Positions 37,742 through 51,346 of a DNA stretch of 64,000 nucleotides are shown here, piece after piece. The notes under the pieces were generated by a model that was not told the DNA's origin, searched no databases, and was given only the letters and a program-made list of their open reading frames with translations. The DNA comes from Camelus dromedarius (taxonomy: Eukaryota), in contig NC_087436.1 of the NCBI RefSeq assembly GCF_036321535.1, forward strand, positions 17,732,001 through 17,796,000, given 5' to 3'. The stretch's first letter is position 1, and each line of letters starts with the position of its first letter. A program made the translations under genes and the position numbers.

Positions 37742-38337
37742 TAGATAATCTATAATATCGCAGCTTATACACAAAAGTCACTTTGGCTTATACATGAATT
37801 TTTCCAACCCCTTAATATTTTATGTCATTAAGTAAAAGCAGCTGAACACAATACAGTCAACACAGCTCACTGCAGCAAGCTGCGAACAGACACAGTACTA
37901 TCCTCGACGAAACAAGCACTGTCTTGGAAGTGCTTGGTGGGAGGTTTTCTTCCTTTTTTGCATTTTGTGCCAACTCTGAAATTATTCCTCAACCTGCAAC
38001 ATCCCTCTCTTCCCTTCTTTTTATAATTCAGATGTTTCAGCCCTCTCTTACATTCACTTCTATCCAGCCACATTTACCTTTTCCCACCAAAGGTGGAATC
38101 CAAAATGTACTGTACATTATTTTTTTAAAGACAATTACATGTTCTTTGAACTGAATTATTGTTCGTAATTAGAACCATTGTTTTTTATAATGTGCTGATT
38201 ATAAAGTTGTACAGGTTTGGAATGACCTGCCCCATTTAGACTTTTCCATTAAGCTTTTTTATTTTTTAGAGATGATTTTGCCAAACATGAGGTTTTTCAG
38301 AAAAGCATGTATCGTCCTATAGCAGAAGAAATGTCTA
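37742..38337. mobile_element. Old Tigger12/13-like TcMar DNA transposon
   Basis: Right end in reverse complement reads 'agacatttcttctgctataggacgatacatgcttttctgaaaaacctcatgtttggcaaaatc', resembling these termini as I recall them. Confidence 0.6.
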
Positions 38338-39149
38338 TATTCTGTTCTAGAATTTCTCAAGAAAAATCTTTCACCCTTATCTGAAAAATCATATTGCCTA
38401 TGTCAAATTTTAATTCATTATACATATTTGTCTCTAAGGTCCTCCAAGTGCATTTACAAACTTCCCTTCCTTTTTCCCGTGACCTGATCTAGCCCTAGAA
38501 TATGGAAAAACCTTCAACATTTTCAAGTTATTCATAAATCTGCTTTGGTGCTGTACAGTGTTTATCAAATAGGTGATCAAAAATTATTTTTCTCAAGAAT
38601 ATGTGATATTAATTGGTTAACTCATTAAAATGTTTTACTCTACCAATAATCTGTGATTTACAATGCTCTATCTAATGACAGCATGGTGAGTCATCTCTTC
38701 TATTTCATTGCACAAGACATCTTTTAAAAGATAAAAGGGTTTTGTTCACCTGTCATCTTTCTTTCCATCACCTTCCCCTTATTTCCCATGCCGGCCCCTG
38801 TCATGTGGACTTCGGGGGGCTACTCACCTGCCTGCTATTTTTCTGACATATTTTTGCAAGTATTTTTGGCATATCACTGTACACCAAGCTTGCCCTTTCT
38901 CTTGCGTGGGCTGCATACTTTAGCGCTTTCCCCTCAACTGAACCCTTCCATCTGTCTAATAAGCAAGTAATTCCCTTGACAAAAAAAAAAAAATAGGCAT
39001 CAGTGGTAGTTTTTAATATATCAGTTTTTAATGAGTCAAGAGAATGGCTTGGTCCGATTCAAGTGGTATTCCTTTAGCTGTTTTATCCTTTTTATTTTGT
39101 TTTGTTTTGCATTTGTTTTCAGATCAATAGATTTTTTTTTTCCAAATTG

Positions 39150-39370
39150 GAGGAGTAGAATGTAGAACGTGAACTCCAGAGCCGAGCTTTGCAGTTTACA
39201 GCCTTTTTCACGGTTTACTCATTATGTAGTCAAGTTATTGAACCTCCATGGAAGCCTCAGCTTCCTCACAGGGATGTGGGTATATGAAATAAGCAAGTAT
39301 GTATGAAGTGCTTATAACATCGCCTAGCGCATGGTGAAACTGAGTAAGTGTATGTCACTATCACCAAGAT
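39150..39370 (+). mobile_element. MIR SINE
   Basis: 'caagttattgaacctccatggaagcctcagcttcctca...tatgtatgaagtgctta'. Confidence 0.7.
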
Positions 39371-39506
39371 TATTATCTTCCATATCGAAGCTTTTGTGCC
39401 ATGTCATTGCATGATGCTCTTGTACTATGTATTTGCAGGTGCTGAGATCTGAAAGATACTTTGGAATTTCGTATAGTAAGATGCGACAAGTCAAAGTTAA
39501 CATTTT

Positions 39507-39509
<3 letters not shown>

Positions 39510-39546
<37 letters not shown>
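39510..39546. repeat. (CA)n microsatellite
   Basis: About 18 perfect CA units. Confidence 0.97.
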
Positions 39547-39548
<2 letters not shown>

Positions 39549-39744
39549 AAAACATTTTAAAATCTTTGTCAGACACCCCACCACAAAGAAATGTTGACTG
39601 TGAACTCAGGGCATTTGACTTTTGCTAAATGGGGATCTCACATCCTTGGTGGATTCTTCCCAAACAACCATCTAATCCTCTGAGGAAATATGATTTGGAA
39701 TGATCTGTAAGTCTGTAAGTGACCAGTGTGGAAGAACGAGACCT

Positions 39745-40280
39745 TTCATTAAATCGTTTATTCACCAAGAAAATAATAGTTCCTATCCCGGGCCAAACAC
39801 AGTGCAAGTTGCTGAGGGAACAAAAAAATTCAGAGCTGTTATTGTCTCTGAGTTTATCATTTGCGGGAGAAAACATACAGAGAACAATGTAGCGTAAGAG
39901 CTACAAAATGAATAATGCAGATTTTATGAGCATTTATGGGAAGGGCAGGTGTATTGAACCAGGGGGATCAGGGAAAGCCTTTAGAGGAAGAGCTGTCTAA
40001 CTGGAGGAAAAAAAAAAGGGGGGGGGGGTAAGTAGGAATTAGTGAAAGTCTGGGTGAGAAGTTTTTGAAGCAAAGGGAAGAGCACACGTGAAGATGTTTT
40101 ATCCATGCAAGCCCACAAGGACTTCACTGTCCTCACTACCCGTGTCCACCCCTCCACTAGAATAAAGACAGAAGATTTCTCCGGTTCTTGCACTGCTGTA
40201 TATCCATCTCCTTGAAAAGTGCATGTACCATGATATGCAGTAGGCACTCTATAAATATTTGTGGAATGAGTGAATGCATA
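39745..40280. mobile_element. Two L2 3'-end fragments (minus ~39745-40080, plus ~40160-40280)
   Basis: 'cagtaggcactctataaatatttgtggaatgagtgaatg' is the L2 terminus; 'ggccaaacacagtgcaagttgctgaggg' is an antisense terminus. Confidence 0.65.
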
Positions 40281-41677
40281 CCTTTCAACACAGCCCTGTT
40301 ATTTTCCACTTACATCTTCCAGCCAGGAACTCTGGTTAGTTTAATCTGATGATCAAGCCTGAGGGTTTGAAGCAATATCATTTATGTATATCAAGGATTT
40401 ACTGCACAAATAATGCTATCTCATCTTTGTGTTCCTTATGGCTTACTCTCCAATGTTATTAAGGGACAAAGAGACAATAAATATTATCTGTGTCAAGAAA
40501 AAATGATATTAATATTTCTTATCTTTACATAAGTTTTATGAACCTCCATTAAGATTTAGCCACACAAATATGGGTGTGGGTGTCTTCAGATGCTTCCAAG
40601 CTGGTACTTAGTGGAGTTTCCCAACTGTTTTCCCATCCTAATTGTAGAAGAAGTGAATAAAAGGAACCCCCAAAGTCTCAAATTCTGGTCAGAAAAAAAC
40701 TGCATTCAATATTGGGTTAAAAACTCAATGATTTCAGCTCTAGGTTCAAGATAAAATTTTTGCCAGGGTTCCCAAGTGAGTCCCAAAGCCTTCCTGAGGA
40801 ACCACACTAAAACACTGAATTGAAATAAACCTAACAAATGTGAGCAGCAGACAAGCTCAGTTCTCAGAATCAGTAATTTTGATAACAAGCATGGGAGAAA
40901 ATTGTGAACTGGCAGGTTTATTTCTGGCATCTTTCCACTTTCCTCTTCAGAAACCTTTGCCTTCTCACTGCTCAAGCCAACTTCCCCCCCTCCCAGTTCT
41001 GTCCTCAGGGTTGATTCTTTCAGACGATACCTCACTTGTCTCTTTATCCTCTTAACTTTCAAAATCTCAGCTGTATTGAAGACTTGGTTTCTGTGTATTT
41101 GAGGTGTTCGTGAAGGGCAGTCAAATGCAATAAACAGAACAGAGATGAGAGCCCAGTTAACCCGGCTGCGTGCTGTGACGTCTTGGCAAGTTACATCAGC
41201 TCTCAAGCTCTGATTCCTCGTCAGTCATGAGAGTGTGCTATCCCACTGGGAAAACGTAATCAGTGATCAAATGATTTCATACTGCAGAGTTAATGATTAA
41301 AATACTCAATGCATCCTTCCAGAAATAGCGACATCTTCAAAGGGCATATGGCCAAAGGAAGAAAATACTTACAGGAGATTTCCTGGCATCAGGAAGACAA
41401 TAAGGATAAATAAGCAAGGATAAAGACTTTCCCAGAAAACTTTACCCACATTTCACCTACTCTACCTATTCCAGCTGATGTAATGTGGTGCGTATGGAAG
41501 ATGGTTACCAAACAGAAACTTCTAGATAATTAAATGGTTCCAACCCAATTATTGAGCCCAGAGCTAAACATATTTTAAGTGCTTATTTAATTTCTAACCA
41601 AATGAAATTGACCACTGCCTTATATATTTTGGTGTGCAGTTGCCTTTTAAGTGTATTTGTATACTTCCCCATAGGAC

Positions 41678-41830
41678 TGCTACTTTCCATCAATCCTAGA
41701 ATGGATATATTTCCTCCTTGTTACATTTCTGAAATCAGGATACATCTTACAATTTGTTGCAATTAGTTAGCCCGTTTCTTCTTTCTTGGTGGTACATAAT
41801 TGATGGAATCTTCAAGTCACTAAAATGGTA
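41678..41830. mobile_element. MER104-like TcMar-Tc2 MITE
   Basis: 'acatttctgaaatcaggatacatcttacaat...ttctttcttggtggtacata'. Confidence 0.7.
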
Positions 41831-43139
41831 ACGTATAGAATTCCAGACAATGGATATGTAGTAGGTCCTGATTGGAAGTCACTCAGTTTAGTGGACCATA
41901 GTAATCTATTATGCTTCTTGGATGTTAAGTCTCTGAGCACCAACTTTAAGAATATTAATAAAGATAGGTATGATCAAGATGCATGTGTAAAAAGAAGTGT
42001 GCTTCAGATCGTTTAATGCATTAACCTCTAATAGATTAAGACATCATTCAAGCTTTATAAAGGGTTGACATCCTACCAATCTTTGTTTCACATCTTGTTG
42101 TTTTGAAATAATAAATAAGACATATACTTTTAAAAATTCAAGTGAATATATATTCATCTTATTTTGAGATATGCTCACCGCCCTTGAAATAATTATTTAT
42201 TTCCCAGGTCATCACAAAACCTGGGTTTGAAAATCAACTACCTTGTATTCACCAGTATTTATGTAACAATGTGACAAGTACTATGGTTCCTTTAAGCAAT
42301 TTCCAACTAAATTCGTTCTACTCAAGTGATTTGGGGGAAATCATTATGAAAGGAAGGAAAGAAAAAAGGAAGGAAGGAAGGGAGCCACATATTAGTGACA
42401 TAAGCACAGCAAGTTTATATTTAATTTTACAAATCTTCCATTATTACATTATTTAATGTAAACATAACCATGTGACTCCCCATGGCATAATGAACATTCT
42501 TGCAGAGTGCAATGATCAGTGTTGACTTTCAGGTCTTCACCTTCTCTAAGAAAGTATGTGCTTGTAAAATGACATCTCTGTGTCTGTGAAGACTCAGACA
42601 TTCTTACAGCCTCCATATGTTTGGGTTTTATATTTTACTTTATTTTCATTTTGTTTTATGTTTTGATTGACCATCCTGAATATAGTCATCCATAGATCAG
42701 ATCAGAATATATTACATAAAAACAATACATAACATAAAAACTCCAGCCTCACACCACAATTTCACACATTTGTGCCAGTCAGCCTTAATATTCTTTGTAG
42801 TCATGGAAAATATCACATTGGACAGACTTGTTGCCCTATGGGTTCTCAAATTTAAAGTTTCTGAGGCATCTCAGAGTGCACAGCCTGACAAAAGCTGCCA
42901 TTGCTTCTCACGACATCCAGTATCCCTCTTGTATTAACTTAATCCCCACGTGAAAGAAAAGATTAGAAAATAACAGGATGCATCAAGGAATCCACTGAAA
43001 TGTCAAAAACAAAGTAAAATCCTACACTATTAAAACAAGCAGAGCATTTTCCCTGCTTTTTTCCTAAAACTTGACCATAGACAATAAGCCAAAAATTGAC
43101 AAAAATCAGTTTTTAGAATGCTATTCTTGCAGAATACAG

Positions 43140-43565
43140 TGGTAATAATCCAAATGTCCATCACCCGATGAATGAATAAACAAAATGTGATATACCCACA
43201 CAATGGAATAATACTTGGCAATAAAAAGGAATGAAGTACGATACATGCTACAACAGGGGTGAACTTTGAAAACATTTCGCTAAGGGAAGGAAGCCAGTCA
43301 CAAAAGACCACGTATTATATGATCTCATTTAAATAACATGTCCAAATCCAGAGAGACAGAAAGTAGATTAGTGATTGTCTAGGACTGGAAGTAGGTGTCC
43401 AATAGGGAGTGACCACTTAAAGGTATGAGGTGTCTTTCTGAGGTGATGGAAACAATCTAAAATTAGATTGTGGTGACAGTTGCACATCTCTGTGCATCTA
43501 CTAAATTGTGTACTTTTAAGGGGTGAATTTTATGATATGTGAATTACATGTCAATAACACCATTT
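43140..43565 (+). mobile_element. L1MB 3' end
   Basis: 'ccaaatgtccatcacccgatgaatgaataaacaaaatgtg...aagccagtcacaaaagaccac...agacagaaagtagattagtg'. Confidence 0.9.
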
Positions 43566-43776
43566 CAGAAGACAGGGCAATAGCCTAAAGGCAAAACTTT
43601 CTCCATGGCAGTGACAAAAAGGCTCTGCTGGAAGCACTGAAAAATGAAAAGAGAAAAGAGGAGTCCTTAGCAGAAATTTGCTGAAGAGAACTCAAGATGA
43701 AAGCAGTTACCCAATGCTATTACCTGTGTTTAAACTAATGAGTCTGGAAACCAGGAAACAGTTCTTAAGGCCTGAG

Positions 43777-44028
43777 TCGGGTAGTCAGATAAAATACAGG
43801 AAGCTCAGTTAAATTTGAATTCCAGATAATGAACAGACTTTTAGTATGAATGCCCCCAAATATTATATAGGTATTAAATTAAATTATATCTATTATATAG
43901 ATATTAAATTAACTGTATAAAAATTACATATCTGGGGACATCCTTATATTAAAACACCATTATTTGCCTGAAATTCACAGTTTTCTGTCTTGTTATCTTT
44001 TGTTGTCCATATCAAATCTGGCAGTCTA
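43777..44028. mobile_element. MER53 palindromic hAT MITE with expanded centre
   Basis: 'cagataaaatacaggaagctcagttaaatttgaattccagata' ... 'ggggacatccttatattaaaa...cctgaaattca...aaatctggcagtcta'. Confidence 0.8.
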
Positions 44029-44409
44029 AACCTGTGATGATTATTTATTCAGCATACTTTCTTACAGAGCTCAGAGCAGTTGAAAACAAAACGAGGGTAG
44101 GTCTAAGTAAGAATGGGATACAAGTGTTCCAAGCCCTATATCACCGACTCATTTATTTGTTTATATGCCCAACACTGGAGATACTAAGATGGATGCAGAA
44201 CTCAGAGTCCAGCAACGAAGGCAGACAAGTGATAATGCAATAGCTGTGAAGTATGTGAATGACAGGGAATGCCAAGAAGACGGCAAGTGAAGAAGAAAAG
44301 TCTGAAGAGATGGGCAAAGGCTCACAGAGGAACAGGAATGTGGCTAGATCAAAAAGAAACAGTTCCATATTAAAAAAAAAAAAGGCAGAATGAAGAAGAG
44401 ATTATTTTA

Positions 44410-44452
44410 TTTTATATTTTTCATTGAAGAACAGTCAATTACAATGTGTCTG
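44410..44452 (-). mobile_element. Ultra-short (~43 bp) L1 3' tip with perfect 15-bp TSD
   Basis: Reverse complement is 'cagacacattgtaattgactgttcttcaatgaaaaatataaaa'. TSD gaagagattatttta at 44395-44409 and 44453-44467. Confidence 0.85.
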
Positions 44453-44509
44453 GAAGAGATTATTTTAAAGCGGTAAAGAAAAGCCAGACCATGGAGCATT
44501 ATGGGGTTT

Positions 44510-45003
44510 TATTTTAAATAGATTTTATTTTTCAAAGCAGTTTTAGGTTTACAACAAAATTGAGCAAAAAATATAGAGTTCCCATATAACCCTGTCCCCA
44601 CACATGCACAGCTGTCCCACTGTCAACATACTCCACCAGAGTGGGAGATTTATAATGATCAGTGAACCTACATTATCATTCAGAGTCCACAGTTTACATT
44701 AAGGTTCACTTTTGGTGTTATACTTCCATGGATTTTAACATGACCATTTTAACATTTCTAATGACCTGTATCCACCATTATAGTTTCACTGCCCTAAAAA
44801 TCCTCTGTGCTCTGCCTATTCACTCCTCCCTTCCCCCCAAACCCTGGCAACCACTGATCTTTTTACTGCTACAGCCTTTTCAGATTGGCTTCTTTCACTT
44901 AGTAATATGCTAAAAACGTAAGGTTTTTCCATGTCTTTTCATGGCTTGATCACTCATTTCTTTTAAGAGCTAAATAATGTCTCATTGTCTGGAGATACCC
45001 ACA
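44510..45003 (-). mobile_element. L1MC-type 3' UTR, antisense
   Basis: 'gcagttttaggtttacaacaaaattgagc...gagttcccatata...aaccctggcaaccactgatcttttt'. Confidence 0.85.
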
Positions 45004-45004
45004 G

Positions 45005-46650
45005 AGGGTTTTTAAGTCATCTTAAAAGTGTTGATTTTAAACAGGGAGAAACAGGATCACACTGCTTCAAAAAAAAAACAAACCACTCTGGTTCTAAAAT
45101 TGGAGAATGGACTATAGAGAGACCAATAAGAAGATTATTGCAGTAATTTGGAAGGAAATGATGGTGGCCTGGAACAGTGTGTTAGTGCCTATAGAGAGAA
45201 GTTAACATACTCAAGGCATAAGAGAAATCAGAATCCTAGGATGTGGTGATTGATTGGTTGTGACAATGAAGGAGTAGAAGGAGTTAAGTCGAAATCCTAA
45301 GTTTCCAATTTGGACCGCAGTGTCACCCACTACAAGAACGAGCACGGAGGTGCAGGGAGAGCATTGTGGAGAAATATATTGAGATCATTAGGGGGCACAT
45401 TGAGTTTGAATCATCTCCGAGATATCTATCTGAGCATAGATTGTTGAGTGTACCAAGAAAGAATTCAGGAAAGAGGTCTAACTCCCAGACGTAGATTTGA
45501 GAGGCATTGTCACAGAAACAAAAAAATGAAGCTTAGATACAGACACTTATCCAGAGAGTGTGGTCAGAGTAAGGGAAGAAGGGTTAGGACAGAGTCCCAA
45601 AGAGCACCAGCATTTAAAGTCCCTGCAAAGGAAAGTAACAGCTATCAGAGATGCTCATGATAAACCAGGAGTTGATGGTTTCACAAAAGTAATAGAAGAG
45701 AGTTCCAGGAAGTGGGAGCTGGATTAAGGCTTTTAGAGACATTAAAAGACTGGTATTCTCTCTCCAGTAAAGAATTAAAACTTAAATATGTGTGTGTGTA
45801 TGTATATACATATATATATGCTTATTAAAATTAGATTATTTATGTAACATATTTATCTATTCATTAAGCATGAATTCAACACATATGTTAAAATTAAAAT
45901 GGTTTCTTTCTAAATTTCTCTGATGGGAGAATTTAGGTAATTTCACTAAAGCTAAATGTCTTCCATTTTTCCTTAATTTTGAAAGAGCCTCAAGCATGTG
46001 CTTAGTCTATTTGTTGGATAATCTTACTCTGCTGACAGGGGATGGTTGGCAGTGTTGAATGTTGAGGACAAACTCATAAAAATTTCAATATGCCCACTGG
46101 ATTTAGAGACAAGTATGTTGGTCAGCTTGACAAGTATAAGTAGTGAGATGGGTCAGAATCCAGAAGGAAATGAGTTGTAGGAAGTGGGTCAAGAGGAAGG
46201 AAATGGAGACAATGAATACACACAATCCTTTCAAGGAATTTGGCTCTGGCCCAAAAGAGGGAGAGAATGCAAAGACTGGGCAGCTGGGCTGGAGTGTGAG
46301 GTTAAAAGATGGGGTAGTCTTGAGTGTGTTTGAATGCTGATGGGGAAGTAGAAAGATGGATTCTAGACAAAGGAGCCAGGTCAGGGCTTAGAGAGGATGA
46401 AGTTCTCCTGGCTTGACAGAAGAAAAGATAGACAGGAGAGGGGAGAGTTGCTGACAAGCTTATCAATTTCATGGCCAGGAGTTTAAAGTGTTTGGTCTAA
46501 CAGCTTCACCTTCTTAAGAAATAGACAGGCAAATAATTGCCTGAGCTCAAAGGCAGAAATGGAACAGTCAGTGATTCAAGGTGAATGGTAGAGGAATGGG
46601 CTCCTGAGCAGAATGAGGAAGTTGACTAGGAACCCATTGTGTCTGGATTA
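45005..46650 (-). mobile_element. L2 fragments, antisense, interrupted at ~45714-46031
   Basis: 'ggagaatggactatagagagacc...attgcagtaatt...atgatggtggcctgga' and 'cccactggatttag'. Confidence 0.75.
45714..46031. mobile_element. Probable hAT-Tip100-type non-autonomous element
   Basis: Termini 'gagctggattaaggcttttagag' and 'aagcatgtgcttagt...ttggataatcttactctg'; interrupts an L2. Confidence 0.45.
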
Positions 46651-47439
46651 GGAAGACAGTAGGATGAAAATCTAATGATCTAGCTCTTCTTTTTCACTCA
46701 GTAGGTATTCTTAAAGTAATATACGACCACCTTCATATACACATGGACACCAATGATGGAACCATCTTCTTAACACCACTTCTGATGTATCATAAAGATG
46801 TAAATCAAAAGAACCCCATCTATAGTAGAATAATCTCTCCTTCAAAGCAAAATATTCCAAACTGAGAGTCCAGGAAAATCAATCACTACCATCCAATTAC
46901 TTATAAATGTAGAGAAATCAGGTTCAATTTACTAATCATCTACAATTCCATTATCCATGGTTAGATGCTAGAAGCATTGATCTGAATAATCTAAAACAGC
47001 AGATATTCCAAAATGACTTAAATTGGGTTTTGAAAAACATAATTATTTATATTAAATTTACATTTCTAATTTGCATCACTTAGGCAAATATTAAAACTAG
47101 TTTGAACTCTCTAGGAAAATACTCAGTGATATCAAGGGTAGAAGATGATCAGAGTTCAGAGAGACTCCAGAGATTACCAGTTAACAACAAACAATAAGGA
47201 AAATTAATCCCCTCAATTTTATTGAGGCAAATTTCTAACAATTGTAAAATAATTGATAAGCAAATGATCCCTAGATTTTCAGAAGCAAAGCTGTACCCAT
47301 CTTATCCTGAACTGAATCTTTATTTAAATTCAAGTGCTTTCCTTCCAACACACAGGCTTATATAAATTACTTCTCAATATTTGTGCATTGGACGGAGACG
47401 TAGTCAGGACAGATGGCCAACTCTAATCTAATTATTCTC

Positions 47440-48440
47440 CCCTCACATCCTTCATTCACTCAGTCATTCATGTAATCAATACATTCAATCTCAGTAATCA
47501 TTCAGGTTCTGAGAACTTGCTATGTGTCAGGGACTGGGTTAATTGCTGACATCACACAGATTGACAGCAGAGATGACCAAAGTAAATCGCCAATTAAAAA
47601 CAGATATGATTGATGACAGTTGTGTACTATAAAGGGAAGCAATGGACCACCCACTCAAGGCTGGTGTTAACTTATGAATACTTCCCAAAGAAGATGACTT
47701 TTGAGTTCTTCAAGAATGAGTAAGAGCTAACCAGATAGAGAAGGAAAGGGATCAGGAGTAATAATAAAGACAGGGCATCAGTTTGGACTAAGAGGTAAGA
47801 AGTGTCACGATTCATTCAAGAAAAAGGTTTTCTCTGATGGAGCACAGTAGTCAGATCCTGAAGAGATTTGTATGCCAAGATAAGGAAGTGGATCATATCC
47901 TATGGATCATATCCTGTAGTTCATGGGGATTTTTTTGATAGAAGCTTTAGAATGACATGATGAGTTTCATGTTTTTAAACAATTGTTCTGCATGGATTGG
48001 AGTGTTTGGGGAAAACTTAAAAGCCAGTAGATGAGCTGAGAAGTCTGAATGAGACAGATATAGTGGAACTGGAGAAACTGAAATCTAGAAAAACTAAAGG
48101 GATAAAACCCACTGACTTGGTGATTGATAAGAAGGAGGCAATGATGGGAGGGGAGGAAGAGCTTAAGACAGTTCTCCAGTCTCTGGTTTGGACACAGAAT
48201 TAATCCTGGCACTACTGCTAACTAGGCCAGAGACTGCAGTCAAAGAAAGAGGTTTGGGTAGAAGGCACTGAGTTCAGATTTGGGCATGCCGAGTTTTCAA
48301 TGCCTGTGGGGCTAGTCTTCTAGAGGCAATCCAGGAGTCAATGAACTAAATCAGTCTGTCACTCAAGAGACAGGCCAAATCTGGAGACAGAGATTGGGAA
48401 GTGAGTGTGGAGGAAAGCATAGCCCATAGAGAGTGGAACA
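47440..48440 (-). mobile_element. L2, antisense
   Basis: 'ttcattcactcagtcattca...tgctatgtgtcagggactg' and 'gagttcagatttgggcatgccgagttt'. Confidence 0.8.
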
Positions 48441-48869
48441 AAGAGAAAAGAAACAACAGCAGAGACCTGTCCACTTCATACCATCGAAAAGACAGCGAGT
48501 GCCCTGGTTAGTGGAGCTGAAAGGGCTTAGCCTTATGGCTGAAAAAGAGTTCCACTTTTCTCTATCCTAGTCAGCTTGCCCTGGTTATTCCACTCAGACT
48601 AATTTTCAGATTTGTTACTGCTTTTTTTCTTGATGAAGTATGTTTCTTAATCTCTAATTATAACTAAACATTACTTTGCAAGAACAGCTCCTGGACTGAT
48701 AATATTTGCTTACTTTTTTTAACTTCAAGAACCTGAATCCAGCTATAGATTATTTAACACTGACATAATAGTATGTTCACTGACATTCATGGACAAAGGA
48801 GAAAGATTTTTATTGTAGAACATTTTATGTTAGATCACAAATACATGAATACGATTTCCTTCCATTTCT

Positions 48870-49361
48870 GTGAGAACACACCTATACAATGTGACTGTTC
48901 TGTTCCTCCCAACAAGAGGGAGAATCTTTACTCCAATCCTTGAATCCTGGGTTATTTGGGGGTTTGTGGTTTTTCTGTTGTTGTTTTTTTGTTTCTACTT
49001 GGTTTGGTCAAAAGGCCATCAGCAAATATGATGTGCCGTCTCTTTCTTCTGCAAAACTTGTCACCACCGTGTGAAGAAGATCAAGTTAGCCTACTAGAGA
49101 GACTGTGTGACACAAAAATGAGGCAACCCAGCCAAAAGGCTCGAGATTTTCTAAACTCCTAGCTGACAGACAAGCAAGTGAAATCATCCTGGAGCATCCA
49201 GCCTCAGTAGAGCTGCGACTTGACTGCAGAGGTTAACATAGCTGGCTCAGAACAGAAGAGCCACTCAGCTGCCCAGAAAACTGTGAGCAAATATAAAACG
49301 ATTATTATTTTCAATCACCAAGTTCTGGGATGATTTGTCACACAGCCATGGATAACTGACA
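48870..49361 (+). mobile_element. MaLR LTR (MLT1G/H-like)
   Basis: 'ttcctcccaacaagaggg...ccttgaatc', 'catcctggagcatccagcc' and end 'caagttctgggatgatttgtcacacagccatggataactgaca'. Confidence 0.8.
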
Positions 49362-51187
49362 TGACCACCTTCCAGAGTTGGAAAAGAGATCATTTAATTT
49401 GTTTTCAATAATTTCTAAATTATAATCTCTGATACAGGAAGAGAATCTCACAGCAGTCAAACTTTACCTCTTCTGTGACTTGAACCAGGATAACATACTC
49501 CACTTCAGTGTGTTTTAGAGGGAATAGACATGGCTTCAATCACGGCAGTTAAGTATCTTGAATTTTAATCATAGTTAATAGCCTGGCTTGAGTCTGAGTT
49601 GAGAGACAGGCAGCTCTAACAAGTTTTCACCCTGTAGCTACAAATTTTTGAACTTTATAATTGTAATGAAGACACATAATCAGGGTTTTTTTTTATCCAA
49701 CTAGCACACTGATACCTATTCCTGATCTTTTATTTTCTTCTTGTTTAAAATCCAATAGATGTTCTAAAAACCATTTTGAGAAGGATGCCATAGACGTTTC
49801 TCAAAAAGACTAGGATGAAATTATTTCATAGTAGATATTAATATTGCCACAAAAAAACCTAGAAGAATTCCTTTAGAGTTCCAATGTAGCAAGATAGAAC
49901 TAGTGTTCTTAGGATAATTATGGACAAAAGTTATGAATTATTCATTTTTGTATCCCTCCAGTTCAGGAAGCACTTGCTATGCGTTTGTTGAATGAGCGAC
50001 TGAATGAATTATTGAGTGAGGGAATGATTAATGGGCCAATCGCATTGTTTCAGGCTTTATTATATGTGGTCATTATACTTCAGAAGATGTGACTTGACCC
50101 ATGATACAAGTGACTCAATATAATTAATGAGTCGTTTCATAAGAGGGTCCTACCAGTATCAGACTCATAAATGAAACCATGTTAATGACTCTGAAGGAAT
50201 CATCTTAACTTAGAGATTCTTCTAGGTACGTTAGATTGCCAGTTTCTACCCAATATCTATAACAGACTGTATTCTTCTTTTAATAGAGCAAAGTCAGCTA
50301 GTCTAATGTCCACTTAATTTACAAGTTGTGTGATAGTTATAGGTATAAAATATATATATGTGTGTGTGTGTGTGTGTTTATCTTTAGATTTAGAGATAAC
50401 ACTACTGGTGGTGATTGTTATCTGAGTGGACGGGTGTGGTTGCAGAAAACCTTTGCCTGACCAACTGTTCTTTCTACACTGTACACACATAAAGACGATT
50501 CTGTGGTTGGCAGCTGTAGACCTATTTGCAAAGCCCACAGTTATTTGCAACTCCACCATTTAAAAGTATACTCTGCCCATTACCATTACTCATAAGTAGC
50601 CATAATTCTAACTCATGCAAGTAAAGGTGTTCTGCCTATTAACACATGGAATTCCAGAATTACAGTGAATCATATGAAGACTTACTGCATGGGATCTCGG
50701 TAGTTTTTCTTCTATGTTTTTGGCTTGTCATCCTTCAGTTTAACATCTGAAGCATGTATGTGAGTCTCCCATTGCCATACGTTTGTCTTACCTGCCTAGT
50801 CTCAAAGCCTCATGCTTCTGTAAGAATATGTACTCGCAAGCAAAGTTTAGGTGTCTGCTGTCTGACTTGCCTATTTAAAGTTAAATATCACTCACAAGAG
50901 GAACTGATGAGCCTATTCAAGAAATAATTTATTCATTCACTTAGTGCTTATTTGTTGAAGCATCAGGCAATGTTCTAGGTGCCGGAAACACAGCAATAAA
51001 CAGTCACGACCACCATGGAGCTTTTATCACAGCCATGCACATTTCTCTTCCAACTGCAAAGCAGAGATAGCACCTCTTCTTCAGTACAACTTAGACCTCT
51101 CTTTTATACCTAGTAAGTGGTTAATACATGTCGATCAGACAGGCCAGGACTCTTGAAAACCTCATTTTATTCTGGAGTCTTAATGCA

Positions 51188-51346
51188 CACTGTCATCCCT
51201 CAGTATTGGCTGGGGATGGGTTCCAGGACCTCTGCAAAGACCAAAATCCATGGATGGATGCTCAAGTCCCTCAAATAAAATAGTGTAGTACAGGTGGCCC
51301 TCCATATCCATGGGTTTGGCAGCTGTGGATACAGAGAGCGACTGTA
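51188..51346. mobile_element. Short MER2/Tigger-family MITE
   Basis: 'gtcatccctcagtatt...ggttccaggacc...ccaaaatccatgga...tgctcaagtccc' ending 'gtggatacagagagcgactgta'. Confidence 0.85.

Noticed and set aside
40706..41206. 166-aa minus-strand ORF
   Set aside because: Non-ATG start, overlap with a MIR-like remnant, and no recognisable domain or exon structure.
23700..47915. Small tandem duplications at ~23716-23760, 30541-30571 and 47890-47915
   Set aside because: Ordinary slippage-type duplications of 14-30 bp inside decayed repeats.
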